This document shows, piece by piece, positions 51,148 to 59,913 of a stretch of 64,000 nt of DNA (position 1 is the stretch's first letter; each line of letters opens with the position of its first letter). The notes under the pieces were generated by a model. That model worked only from the letters and a program-made list of their open reading frames with translations. It had not been told where the DNA came from and did no database searches. The translations under genes were made by a program, and so were the position numbers. Source of the stretch: a virus (Duplodnaviria; Caudoviricetes). Where the stretch lies: positions 1 to 64,000 of the IMG/VR virus record IMGVR_UViG_3300046839_000055. One strand, written 5' to 3'.

Positions 51148-51875
51148 TTAAACCTTTTTAGCCTTAACCAACAACATCATAGGTCTGCGCATTTCATCAC
51201 ACATTCCCGGCATATCCATCATATCTGCCGGAGGCATTGCTTCCTCAATAGCCTCAATTTGGAAACCACATTCTATAAGTGGATTCAATATCTGCGTTAA
51301 TGTGTGGTGCTGTTTAATTACTCGTTGACCAAGAAAATTGGTTTCTCTTCGCCTGTGTAATAGTAATTGTCGACTGGCCAATATTTAGGTTTCCCATTTT
51401 CATCATAAATCCAATCCTCATTAACACCTGCGGTGAAAGTAGGATGTTCAATGTTGAACAGGAAATACCCACCTACTTTTAATGTGCAATACACCTTTTG
51501 ATAAACATTATCTAAATTTTCGATATAGTGCAGTACCAGGTTAGAAATAACTAGGTCATAAGTATTTTCAGGATAAATGTATTCTTCAACACCGCAAACT
51601 TCATACTTGATTTTGTCATCAGAGTTATCAGCTACAGCTTTTGCAATCATTTTTTTACTACTATCAATACCAAGAATTTCAGCAGCTCCCATTTGTGCGG
51701 CATATTTACAATGCCAACCGTAACCACATCCTAAATCCAAAACTTTTTTCCCCTGTAATTCGGGGAATAACGGTTGCAACTGATGCCACTCTCCAGCAGC
51801 TTTCAGACCATATTTGCTTCTTCCCATTTCCGCATATGCGGCAAAAAATTCACTATTATCGTAAATATTTCTCAT
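51148..51875 (-). pseudogene. Class I SAM-dependent methyltransferase moron with one frameshift
   Basis: VLDLGCGYG motif; reading changes frame near 51348 into RETNFLGQRVIKQHHT...RRPMMLLV; AT-rich. Confidence 0.8.
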
Positions 51876-51988
51876 TGAGAATTACCTCCACAACTCCTGA
51901 TTTTGTCATCTTCTCATTTGATCCTACCAGTCTGATTCATGTCCTTCAATCATTTTATTCCAACGCCTTGTTATCCGTTTTTCACATC

Positions 51989-52030
51989 GACCACCCTCAA
52001 TTTTCCCCTCTTTTTTCTGTTTACCAATGA
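51989..52030 (+). promoter_or_regulatory. Putative phage-sigma-dependent promoter, copy 2
   Basis: GACCACCCTCAA-N12-TTTTCTGTTTA, as at 15963. Confidence 0.7.
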
Positions 52031-52119
52031 GAAGAGATCATTGGTGAAACGGAATTTATCTGGTTTGTCGTCAATCCGAGGATCTCATCTCCAAAGAATA
52101 GTAGGAGGTGGGGATCATA

Positions 52120-52542
52120 ATGACACCCGAACAGAAAAAAGAAATATCAAAACTTCGCGAGCAGGGGCTCGGCTATCAAAAAATCGCTACTGCTCTTGGC
52201 CTTACCAAGAATCAGGTTGTTTCCTATTGCCACAGAAACGGTCTGGATGGAAAAATCGCTAATCCATCAGGAACAGTTCCTGACGCTATCTTCTGCAAGA
52301 ACTGCGGCAAGCCGATCCATCAGAAGCCCGGCATCAAAACGATAAAGTTCTGCTCCGACAAATGCTGTCAGGAATGGTGGAACAAGCACCCGGAAGCAAT
52401 TCACAGGAGGCCAGCCGCTATCTATACCTTCACCTGCGCTCACTGTGGTAAGCCGTTCACGGCGTATGGCAACAACCACCGCAAATACTGCTCGCATGCC
52501 TGTTATATCGCAGATCGATTCGGAGGTGATGGTCATGAATGA
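52120..52542 (+). CDS. HTH + zinc-finger protein of the recombinase module
   Basis: GLGYQKIATALGL; CKNCG, FCSDKC, CAHCG, YCSHAC. Confidence 0.8.
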   Translation: MTPEQKKEISKLREQGLGYQKIATALGLTKNQVVSYCHRNGLDGKIANPSGTVPDAIFCKNCGKPIHQKPGIKTIKFCSDKCCQEWWNKHPEAIHRRPAAIYTFTCAHCGKPFTAYGNNHRKYCSHACYIADRFGGDGHE

Positions 52543-52705
52543 AGCTCAGTTTGAGCGGGAAAAACACTACACCGCAAGCATGGAGATGTTCCGGTCAATG
52601 TTGAAGCAGCACCTCATCACGGAGGAACAATTCGTCATAATTGATACAAAAATGAAGGAGAAATACAAGCCGATTTTCGGCGGTTTATGTCCCGAGAAAG
52701 CTTGA
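52535..52705 (+). CDS. SHOCT-like small protein
   Basis: MLKQHLITEEQF..IDTKM..KYKP; overlaps upstream gene. Confidence 0.7.
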   Translation: MNEAQFEREKHYTASMEMFRSMLKQHLITEEQFVIIDTKMKEKYKPIFGGLCPEKA

Positions 52706-52753
52706 TAATACGGGCCCCCAGAGGGATGTATAGTGACGGAAAGGAGTGATTTT

Positions 52754-54544
52754 ATGGCAAAGATCACAAAGATTGAGCCGACGATACCGAGCTTACCTAC
52801 TCGTAAGAAAGTCGCCGCTTATGCCAGAGTTTCTATGGAGACCGAAAGGCTCCATCATTCCCTGTCCGCACAGATCAGCAGCTACAGTAAACGGATTCAG
52901 GATAATCCTGAATGGGAGTATGTTGGCGTTTACGCGGACGAAGGGATCTCCGGAACAGGCACAGAAAAAAGGCCTGAGTTTCGGCGCATGCTTGCCGACT
53001 GCGAGGATGGAAAAATCGATATCATCCTCACAAAGAGCATCAGCCGGTTTGCCCGGAACACCGTAGATCTTCTGAATACGGTCCGACACTTAAAGGAGCT
53101 CGGCATTGAAGTCCGCTTCGAAAAGGAAAACATCAATTCACTCTCCGGCGACGGCGAGGTGATGCTCACGCTCCTCGCATCTTTTGCGCAGGAAGAAAGC
53201 GTCAGCATCAGCAACAATGTAAAATGGGGGATCCGCAAACGGATGCAGTCCGGCCTTCCTTATGCCAATGGTCACATGAACGTCTACGGCTATCGCTGGG
53301 AAGGCGACGAAATGGTCATCGTACCAGAAGAAGCCGCCGTCGTAAAGAGAATCTTCCAGAACTTTCTGGATGGGAAGTCGCGGCTGGAAACAGAACGGGA
53401 ATTTGCCGCTGAAGGCATTACTACCCGCCAAGGTTGTCGCTGGGAGGATTCCAACATTCGAAAAGTGCTGGAAAACGTCACCTACACCGGAAACATGCTT
53501 TTTCAGAAGGAATTCGTCTCGGATCCCATCAACAAACATCGCAGGAAGAACCGCGGCGAGCTTCCACAATATTTCGTAGAGAATACCCACGAAGCGATCA
53601 TCGATTATGACACATGGAAATACGTGCAGGATGAAATGGAACGACGCAGAGAACTCGGGCCTCTGGCGAATAAGAGCCTGAACACCTGCTGCTTCACCGG
53701 CAAGATTAAATGCCCATACTGCGGATACAGCTATATGCATGAGCACAGAACGAAGAACGGACATTATCAGGAATTCTGGGTCTGTGGCAGCTATAAGAAA
53801 AAGAAGAAAGGCAATGGATGCCCTGTCGGCGGCACAATCAATCACAAGAATCTGAAGAAAGTCTGCGCGGAAGTGCTGGGTCTTCCCGAATTTGATGAAA
53901 ACATCTTTCTCGAAAAGGTTGATCACATCGATGTTCCCAAGCGGTACGTCCTTACGTTTTATCTGAAAGACGGAACAACAATAACAAAACCGTGTCCGAA
54001 TACCAGCCATCAGGATTGCTGGACCGCAGAGTATCGGGCAGAAACTTCACGGAAGCGCCGGAACAGCCCCAGAGCCAAAGGTGTGACCGCCCTCTCCGGG
54101 CGAATCAAATGCTCTGCCTGCGGCTGCAACTTTCGCCGCTGCACGCAGCCTGCTTCCAATCCGGCCAAACCGAAGATGCACTACTGGCGTTGTGCCGAAC
54201 ACAGCAATGGATGCATTACCGTCGGATTGCGCGAGGATGTTTTGAAACCGCTCATCGCTGAAATGATGGAGATCCCGGAATACGACGAAGAGCAGTTCAA
54301 AAATCAGATGGAAGCCATCTATGTAATGGACAAGGATCTTCTTGAATTTCATTTCAAGGATGGACGCATCAAGACTACACACTACGTTCCTCCGGAGAAA
54401 ACCTTCACTCCACGCAGTGAGGAAGCCAGAGAACACATGCGGCAGCTTATGAAAGATAGATGGACGCCAGATCTTAAAGCTGAGATGGGCGAGAAGATGA
54501 AAAAGATAAGGAGCGAGAAATATTGGAGCAGCAAAAGAAAGTAA
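52754..54544 (+). CDS. Large serine recombinase 1
   Basis: AAYARVS, YADEGISGT, KSISRFARN; recombinase domain; two zinc-ribbon modules. Confidence 0.95.
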   Translation: MAKITKIEPTIPSLPTRKKVAAYARVSMETERLHHSLSAQISSYSKRIQDNPEWEYVGVYADEGISGTGTEKRPEFRRMLADCEDGKIDIILTKSISRFARNTVDLLNTVRHLKELGIEVRFEKENINSLSGDGEVMLTLLASFAQEESVSISNNVKWGIRKRMQSGLPYANGHMNVYGYRWEGDEMVIVPEEAAVVKRIFQNFLDGKSRLETEREFAAEGITTRQGCRWEDSNIRKVLENVTYTGNMLFQKEFVSDPINKHRRKNRGELPQYFVENTHEAIIDYDTWKYVQDEMERRRELGPLANKSLNTCCFTGKIKCPYCGYSYMHEHRTKNGHYQEFWVCGSYKKKKKGNGCPVGGTINHKNLKKVCAEVLGLPEFDENIFLEKVDHIDVPKRYVLTFYLKDGTTITKPCPNTSHQDCWTAEYRAETSRKRRNSPRAKGVTALSGRIKCSACGCNFRRCTQPASNPAKPKMHYWRCAEHSNGCITVGLREDVLKPLIAEMMEIPEYDEEQFKNQMEAIYVMDKDLLEFHFKDGRIKTTHYVPPEKTFTPRSEEAREHMRQLMKDRWTPDLKAEMGEKMKKIRSEKYWSSKRK

Positions 54545-56106
54545 GAACCATTCCGGCCACGCTGACCCGGTTCACTTCTTCCCCGATCGAGGAGAAAAAG
54601 AAGCGCCGGGTCGCCGGATATGCCCGCGTCTCGACTGATCATGACGATCAGTTCACAAGCTACGAGGCGCAGATCGACTACTACACGAATTATATCAAGA
54701 TCCGTGATGACTGGGAATTCGTCAGGGTTTACACCGACGAAGGTATCACCGGCACCAGCACGAAGCACCGCGAAGGGTTCAAACAGATGGTTGCGGATGC
54801 GCTGGCCGGAAAGATCGACCTGATCGTTACGAAATCCGTCAGCCGTTTTGCACGAAACACGGTTGATTCCCTCACCACCATCCGGAAGCTGAAGGATAAA
54901 GGAGTCGAGTGCTATTTTGAGAAGGAAAATATCTGGACCTTCGACGGCAAGGGCGAGCTGCTTATCACGATCATGTCCTCGCTGGCACAGGAGGAATCCC
55001 GCAGCATTTCCGAGAACTGTACATGGGGACAGAGAAAGCGATTCGCTGATGGCAAGGTCACGGTTCCCTTTAAGCGCTTCCTCGGGTACGACCGCGGTCC
55101 GAATGGCGAGCTGATCGTAAATAAGGAACAGGCAGAAACGGTAAAACACATCTACGACATGTTCCTGCAGGGACGGACGTATCACGGAATTGCCAAGACA
55201 CTCACCGAGGAAGGTATCAAATCACCGGGCGGCAAGGATCAGTGGAGCCAGAGCTCCGTCAAGAGCATTCTCAGCAACGAGAAATACAAAGGCGACGCCC
55301 TGCTCCAGAAATCCTACACCGTCGATTACCTGACGAAGAAAACCAAGGTGAATGAAGGCGAGATCCCTCAGTACTACGTCGAAGGAAATCACGAGGCGAT
55401 CATTCCTCCTGAAAAATTCGACATGGTACAGCGGGAAATGGCGAAACGCGGTAAGGGCAAAAAATACCACAGCGGTGTGCATCCATTCTCCAGCAAGATC
55501 AAGTGCGGCCAGTGCGGAAGCTGGTACGGCTCGAAGGTCTGGCATTCGACAGACAAGTACCGCCGGACGATCTGGCAATGCAACCACAAGTACGATGGCG
55601 GCGAGCGCTGCTCCACTCCTCACCTGACTGACGAGCAGATTCAGGATGCCTTCCTGTCGGCGGCAAACAAGCTGCTGGCCACAAAAGACGCAGTCATCGC
55701 CAACGGCAAGGCAATGCTGACGCTCCTCTTTGATACCTCAGAACAGGAAGCCGAACGTGACAAGCTGCTGGAAGAAGCGCAGGTTGTTTCCGATGCTGTT
55801 CAGAAGAACATCTACGAGAACGCCCATGTTGCCCTCGACCAGAAGGCTTACCAGAAAAAGTACGACGGCCTGACCGGACGGTACGAAACGCTCAAGACCC
55901 GCATCGAGGAGCTAAACGACCAGATCAGCCAGCTGCAATCACAGAAAGGCAGCGTCGAGGATTTCCTTGCCGCCTTTGAGAAACTGCCGGAAACCCTGAC
56001 CGCGTTCTCCCTTGACGCATTTAACGCCCTGACGGATTACCTCACGGTCAATGGCGAGGGCGACATCAGCGTAACCTTCCGCAACGGCCAGACCATCAAG
56101 GCATAA
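54523..56106 (+). CDS. Large serine recombinase 2
   Basis: AGYARVST, YTDEGITGT, KSVSRFARN; zinc ribbon and coiled coil. Confidence 0.95.
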   Translation: MEQQKKVRTIPATLTRFTSSPIEEKKKRRVAGYARVSTDHDDQFTSYEAQIDYYTNYIKIRDDWEFVRVYTDEGITGTSTKHREGFKQMVADALAGKIDLIVTKSVSRFARNTVDSLTTIRKLKDKGVECYFEKENIWTFDGKGELLITIMSSLAQEESRSISENCTWGQRKRFADGKVTVPFKRFLGYDRGPNGELIVNKEQAETVKHIYDMFLQGRTYHGIAKTLTEEGIKSPGGKDQWSQSSVKSILSNEKYKGDALLQKSYTVDYLTKKTKVNEGEIPQYYVEGNHEAIIPPEKFDMVQREMAKRGKGKKYHSGVHPFSSKIKCGQCGSWYGSKVWHSTDKYRRTIWQCNHKYDGGERCSTPHLTDEQIQDAFLSAANKLLATKDAVIANGKAMLTLLFDTSEQEAERDKLLEEAQVVSDAVQKNIYENAHVALDQKAYQKKYDGLTGRYETLKTRIEELNDQISQLQSQKGSVEDFLAAFEKLPETLTAFSLDAFNALTDYLTVNGEGDISVTFRNGQTIKA

Positions 56107-56109
56107 GGA

Positions 56110-56162
56110 AAGCTCCTCACCACTGGATTTCTCCGGTGACTGGGGAGCCTTTTTTCGTTTTC
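56110..56162. terminator. Terminator after the recombinases
   Basis: GCTCCTCA...TGGGGAGC stem followed by T tract. Confidence 0.7.
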
Positions 56163-56164
56163 AA

Positions 56165-56938
56165 CTAATCCCAATTAATAAGATCAACCAACTTAAGTGG
56201 CTTTTTGCATTTAGGGCAAATCATGCCATTTTTCTTTTCATAGCTTGATTCCGGGACAACAGTCATTTTGCCGCCACATTTTTCACATCTGTGGTCATAC
56301 TCCGCATACAGATCATAATATTCCTGCATGTCGTAACTGGTTACATATGAAGCGTCCTCAAACGGAAAAGCTACTGACCACCTTCTTCCTTTTTCTTTTG
56401 GCGGTCGTTGCTTATCCTCTTTCGGTACATACGCATTCAAAATCGGTCTGGAATCATACTCACCGCAATCGCAGCATTGCAAAATAACGACCTCTGGATC
56501 AATCGCGGCATCTGGATGAGCGCTTAATAACTCCTTGAGTTCATTACCAAACTCTCCGTTTTTTGCTGCTTCGATGGTTTCCTCATAAACTTTAGGATCA
56601 AAAAACAGAGCGGTAATCAACTTCTGTTTTTCCGGGCTGAGACGCTTGAGGCAGGTTAGCATTTTTTCGATCATCACGGCCTTAATCGCGGCATCGTCCA
56701 CATCTTCGTCATCGGAGGGAAACTGCTTGTTTCCCTCCAGAAGCCGTTCGTATGAGTCTTCTCGGCTGGGGAGATATGTAACAGTTCCGCTGGTGGAATC
56801 GATTCGGCATCGCTCGGCTTTGATGTCATACTGCAGGTATTCCATCTGACGGTCGCTCTTTTCTAAAACCTCAATGATTTCTTTGCTCACACCGGGATAT
56901 TTTGCTTGATAATCCGTTATTTTCTGATATTTTGCCAT
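56165..56938 (-). CDS. Chimeric ORF: sigma-70 r4 protein 5' part (56938-56597) fused in frame to the 3' part of a zinc-ribbon protein (56596-56165)
   Basis: ...CLKRLSPEKQKLITALFFD | PKVYEETIEAAKNGEFG...CCDCG..CEKCG..CPKCK. Confidence 0.85.
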   Translation of the reverse strand: MAKYQKITDYQAKYPGVSKEIIEVLEKSDRQMEYLQYDIKAERCRIDSTSGTVTYLPSREDSYERLLEGNKQFPSDDEDVDDAAIKAVMIEKMLTCLKRLSPEKQKLITALFFDPKVYEETIEAAKNGEFGNELKELLSAHPDAAIDPEVVILQCCDCGEYDSRPILNAYVPKEDKQRPPKEKGRRWSVAFPFEDASYVTSYDMQEYYDLYAEYDHRCEKCGGKMTVVPESSYEKKNGMICPKCKKPLKLVDLINWD

Positions 56939-57017
56939 AGTGTCTGTCATCCATCTCGTGATTGTTGAAATCTGAAAATGAAAAATAAGCGACGGAACTC
57001 GGCAGCATGATATAACT

Positions 57018-57076
57018 GCAAGCAAAAAAACAGGAACGTACTTGTGAGCACGGTTGCCCACAGGTATGCTCCTGTA
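57018..57076 (-). terminator. Terminator in the leader of the second sigma gene
   Basis: Minus strand AGGAGCATAC-CTGTGGGCA...TGCTCACAA-GTACGTTCCT followed by a T run. Confidence 0.55.
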
Positions 57077-57363
57077 AATTATTTCATATTTTATCTGCTC
57101 TGATGGTTCGTGCTGCTGCCCGCGCTGTTTCCTTGAAAAGCACAGGTTTTTTTGACGAGCTATCGGTTAGAAAAGCGGTGTGTAGCGGATTGTGATCCGT
57201 TGCATCACGCTCGACCGCTACTTAATAGCGGTCGCCTGAAATTCATGGTAAATTGAGCAGACATAGAAACCCTCCAGACTGGTGAGCTTGAAGGGTTACG
57301 GTATTGCTTATTCAGGCATGAAGATAGACCCGCCAAACTCACGCTTTTTTGTAGCGCTTTTTT

Positions 57364-57475
57364 TAATTTGATCGAAACAAACGAATTGCGCCGCGTGAAA
57401 AAACACCATCTAATAGCTGTATATCTCCCTTGGCAATGATCAGCCCAAGTCCAGTTCCTTTTTCAGTATTGAAGG
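57364..57475 (-). pseudogene. Remnant of a sensor histidine kinase C-terminus
   Basis: Minus-strand translation FNTEKGTGLGLIIAKGDIQLLDG contains the G2 box. Confidence 0.6.
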
Positions 57476-57490
57476 TCGGCATGATTCATC

Positions 57491-58876
57491 TCAATTGTCG
57501 TGCGGGCCTTCATCCAACTTTTTTATCGCTTTTCTGAATTCTTTCGCAAACACAATACCAGTACAGATCACCGCAGCAGTATCTGAAATCGGTTCGGCAA
57601 GATACACGGCTACTGTCTTATCAGGTAGCAGCATGGGGAGAAGATAGATGAGTGGGACCAACATGATAAATTTTCGGAATACTGCTACGAAAATTGAAGC
57701 CTTGGCATTCCCGAGGGAGATAAAGGTCATCTGGCAGGCTATCTGAACGCCCATAATAAACATGGCACCGGCGTAGATACGTAATGCACTTTTAGTATAC
57801 GCCACCATTGCGGTATCATTTGTAAATAATGAGGCAAAAACCTGCGGAAATATCTGCACGGCAACCCACAGCAATACGGAATAGGTACAGCAACAGATCA
57901 AAAGCAGTCGAAAGGTCTGCTTGACACGAGCTGAATTGTGAGCACCAAAGTTGTAGCTGAAGATCGGCTGAGCACCTTGCGCAAAACCCTGCATCGGCAG
58001 CATGGCAAACTGCATCACAGTGCTCAGAATCGTCATGGCACCCACGGCAATATCTCCGCCATATTTCAGCAAGGAGGAATTGAAGCAGATAGAAATGATG
58101 CTTTCGCTTGCCTGCATTATAAACGGAGCTGCACCCAGTGCTACGCAGGACAGAAGGACATTGTCAAATCTGATATTTTTCATCCGGAGCTTGATGCTGC
58201 TTTTTGGGGAAGTGAGAAAATGAATTACCCACACGCAACTGATTCCTTGAGATATGATTGTCGCCAGAGCTGCTCCGCGCACCCCCATGTTCATGCCGAA
58301 GATCATGATTGGGTCAAGGATAATATTACAGATTGCCCCGATCAAAACCGTGTACATGCTTACTTTTGCATAACCCTGCGCCGTGATAAATGCATTCATG
58401 CCCAAGGTTAATTGTACAAAGACGGTACCAATCGCATAGATGTTCATGTACTGGGATGCATAGCCGATGGTGTTTTCACTGGCCCCAAACATTAAAAGCA
58501 AGGGTCGGTTCCAAATTAGCAGGGCTGCGGTAAGCACAGCGGAGATTACAAGCTGCAAGGCAACGCAGCTGCCCATAATGTGCTCGGCTCCCTCGTCGTT
58601 TTTTTTGCCCATCTCAATGGAAGCATTGGGCGCTCCTCCCATCGCAACCAGCATGGCGAAAGCCGACACGATGATAATGAGCGGTGTGCACACGCCCAGA
58701 CCGGTAAGCGCCAACCCGCCAACCTCTGGCATATGGCCGATGTAGATACGATCCACAATGTTGTATAGAACATTGATCAGTTGGGCAAGAATTGCTGGTA
58801 CAGAAAGGCGAAACATAAGCGGCCTGATTGGTTCTGTACCGAGGAAACTCTTATCTTCATTATGTGCCTTTTCCAT
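57491..58876 (-). CDS. MATE-family efflux transporter
   Basis: LYNIVDRIYIG, NIILDPIMIFG.NMGVRGAALAT, GFAQGAQP; many TM segments. Confidence 0.95.
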   Translation of the reverse strand: MEKAHNEDKSFLGTEPIRPLMFRLSVPAILAQLINVLYNIVDRIYIGHMPEVGGLALTGLGVCTPLIIIVSAFAMLVAMGGAPNASIEMGKKNDEGAEHIMGSCVALQLVISAVLTAALLIWNRPLLLMFGASENTIGYASQYMNIYAIGTVFVQLTLGMNAFITAQGYAKVSMYTVLIGAICNIILDPIMIFGMNMGVRGAALATIISQGISCVWVIHFLTSPKSSIKLRMKNIRFDNVLLSCVALGAAPFIMQASESIISICFNSSLLKYGGDIAVGAMTILSTVMQFAMLPMQGFAQGAQPIFSYNFGAHNSARVKQTFRLLLICCCTYSVLLWVAVQIFPQVFASLFTNDTAMVAYTKSALRIYAGAMFIMGVQIACQMTFISLGNAKASIFVAVFRKFIMLVPLIYLLPMLLPDKTVAVYLAEPISDTAAVICTGIVFAKEFRKAIKKLDEGPHDN

Positions 58877-58905
58877 AATTGTCCTCCGTTTCTTTTGTCT
58901 TTCCA

Positions 58906-59358
58906 TCAGTCCGTTGATTCTTTCGGTTTCACGTTGTAGAAGCGGCGGACATTGTCAATGATTCGATCAAAAGAGTCGAAGAACTGCCTTTTCTCATCTT
59001 CCGAAAACCCGTCACCGATCTTTTTCATGAATTCTTCCTGTTGTTCTTGCCCATAACGGACTATCTCATCGGCCTTTGGAGTAATAAACAAACAAATCCG
59101 CTTTCTATTCGCCGAGTCTACTTTTTTGCAAATGTACCCTTTTTTATAAAGCTCGTCTGTCGCCAGTGAGACGTGAGATTTGGATATTTTTCGTACAGAT
59201 ACAATATCGGCAGCCGTATTAAGGCCGCCGTTGTTCGCAAGGAATAACATAACATCTACTTCTATTGCCGAGAGAGAATATTTGTTCATAACTTTTCTGC
59301 GGTGAAAATTATAGGCGCTTTCAACTTCTTTGAGCATGTTCAAAAAATTGTTTTTCAT
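58906..59358 (-). CDS. MarR-family regulator
   Basis: LSAIEVDVMLFL..ISKSHVS..KGYI..DSANRKR..IT. Confidence 0.9.
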   Translation of the reverse strand: MKNNFLNMLKEVESAYNFHRRKVMNKYSLSAIEVDVMLFLANNGGLNTAADIVSVRKISKSHVSLATDELYKKGYICKKVDSANRKRICLFITPKADEIVRYGQEQQEEFMKKIGDGFSEDEKRQFFDSFDRIIDNVRRFYNVKPKESTD

Positions 59359-59383
59359 ATGTAATTACCTCACGCACCTTAGT

Positions 59384-59433
59384 GTTCGATTTTGAACACG
59401 TAAAATTATAGTTCAAAATCGAACGGTTGTCAA
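59384..59433 (-). promoter_or_regulatory. Consensus sigma-A promoter with two GTTC-N6-GAAC operators
   Basis: Minus strand TTGACA(59433-59428)-17 bp-TATAAT(59410-59405); operators at 59384-59397 and 59411-59424 are exact inverted copies. Confidence 0.85.
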
Positions 59434-59715
59434 GACGAAAATCTGATAGGGCATGTTTTAAAATGCTAATTCGATAGGGTTATCTTAGATGGTGAGCATA
59501 AAAAAATAATTACTTTTTCCTTATTGAAAAAATCATTTCCCAATCAAACCAGCAAACGTTTTGACCCCACGTCATGTTCAGGTGTTCCTCGGAGTTGTGC
59601 CGCACTCGCCATGTTCTACATTACCATACGAACAATACTAATTGTCCCTATTTTACTATCATCTCCAAAGGATAGCTCCCCCTCGCCTTTATGCAGCGAG
59701 GGGGAGCCGAGAGCT

Positions 59716-59901
59716 TCATTCATTCATGAGTCTTTTTAATTTCGCCAAGATTTTTATCTTTCGGTCGTGAATGGTCCGCTGTGGAACACCAGTTTCTCTG
59801 GACACCTGATGCTCGCTTTTATTATATAAAAAACCAACACCAACATTTGCGCCAAAACTGTATTTACAATCTGGGCACTCCCAGCCATATCCCATTCCCA
59901 T
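59716..59901 (-). CDS. Reciprocal chimeric ORF: zinc-ribbon protein 5' part (59901-59824) fused to sigma r4 HTH 3' part (59823-59716)
   Basis: MGMGYGWECPDCKYSFGANVGVGFLY | NKSEHQVSRETGVPQRTIHDRKIKILAKLKRLMNE. Confidence 0.85.
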   Translation of the reverse strand: MGMGYGWECPDCKYSFGANVGVGFLYNKSEHQVSRETGVPQRTIHDRKIKILAKLKRLMNE

Positions 59902-59913
59902 AAAATCAACTCG

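Larger units (their letters stand above)
56599..59825 (-). mobile_element. Circularly permuted sigma/marR/MATE cassette without its own recombinase
   Basis: Ends are complementary halves of one gene; flanks are complementary halves of another; AT shared at both junctions. Confidence 0.8.
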
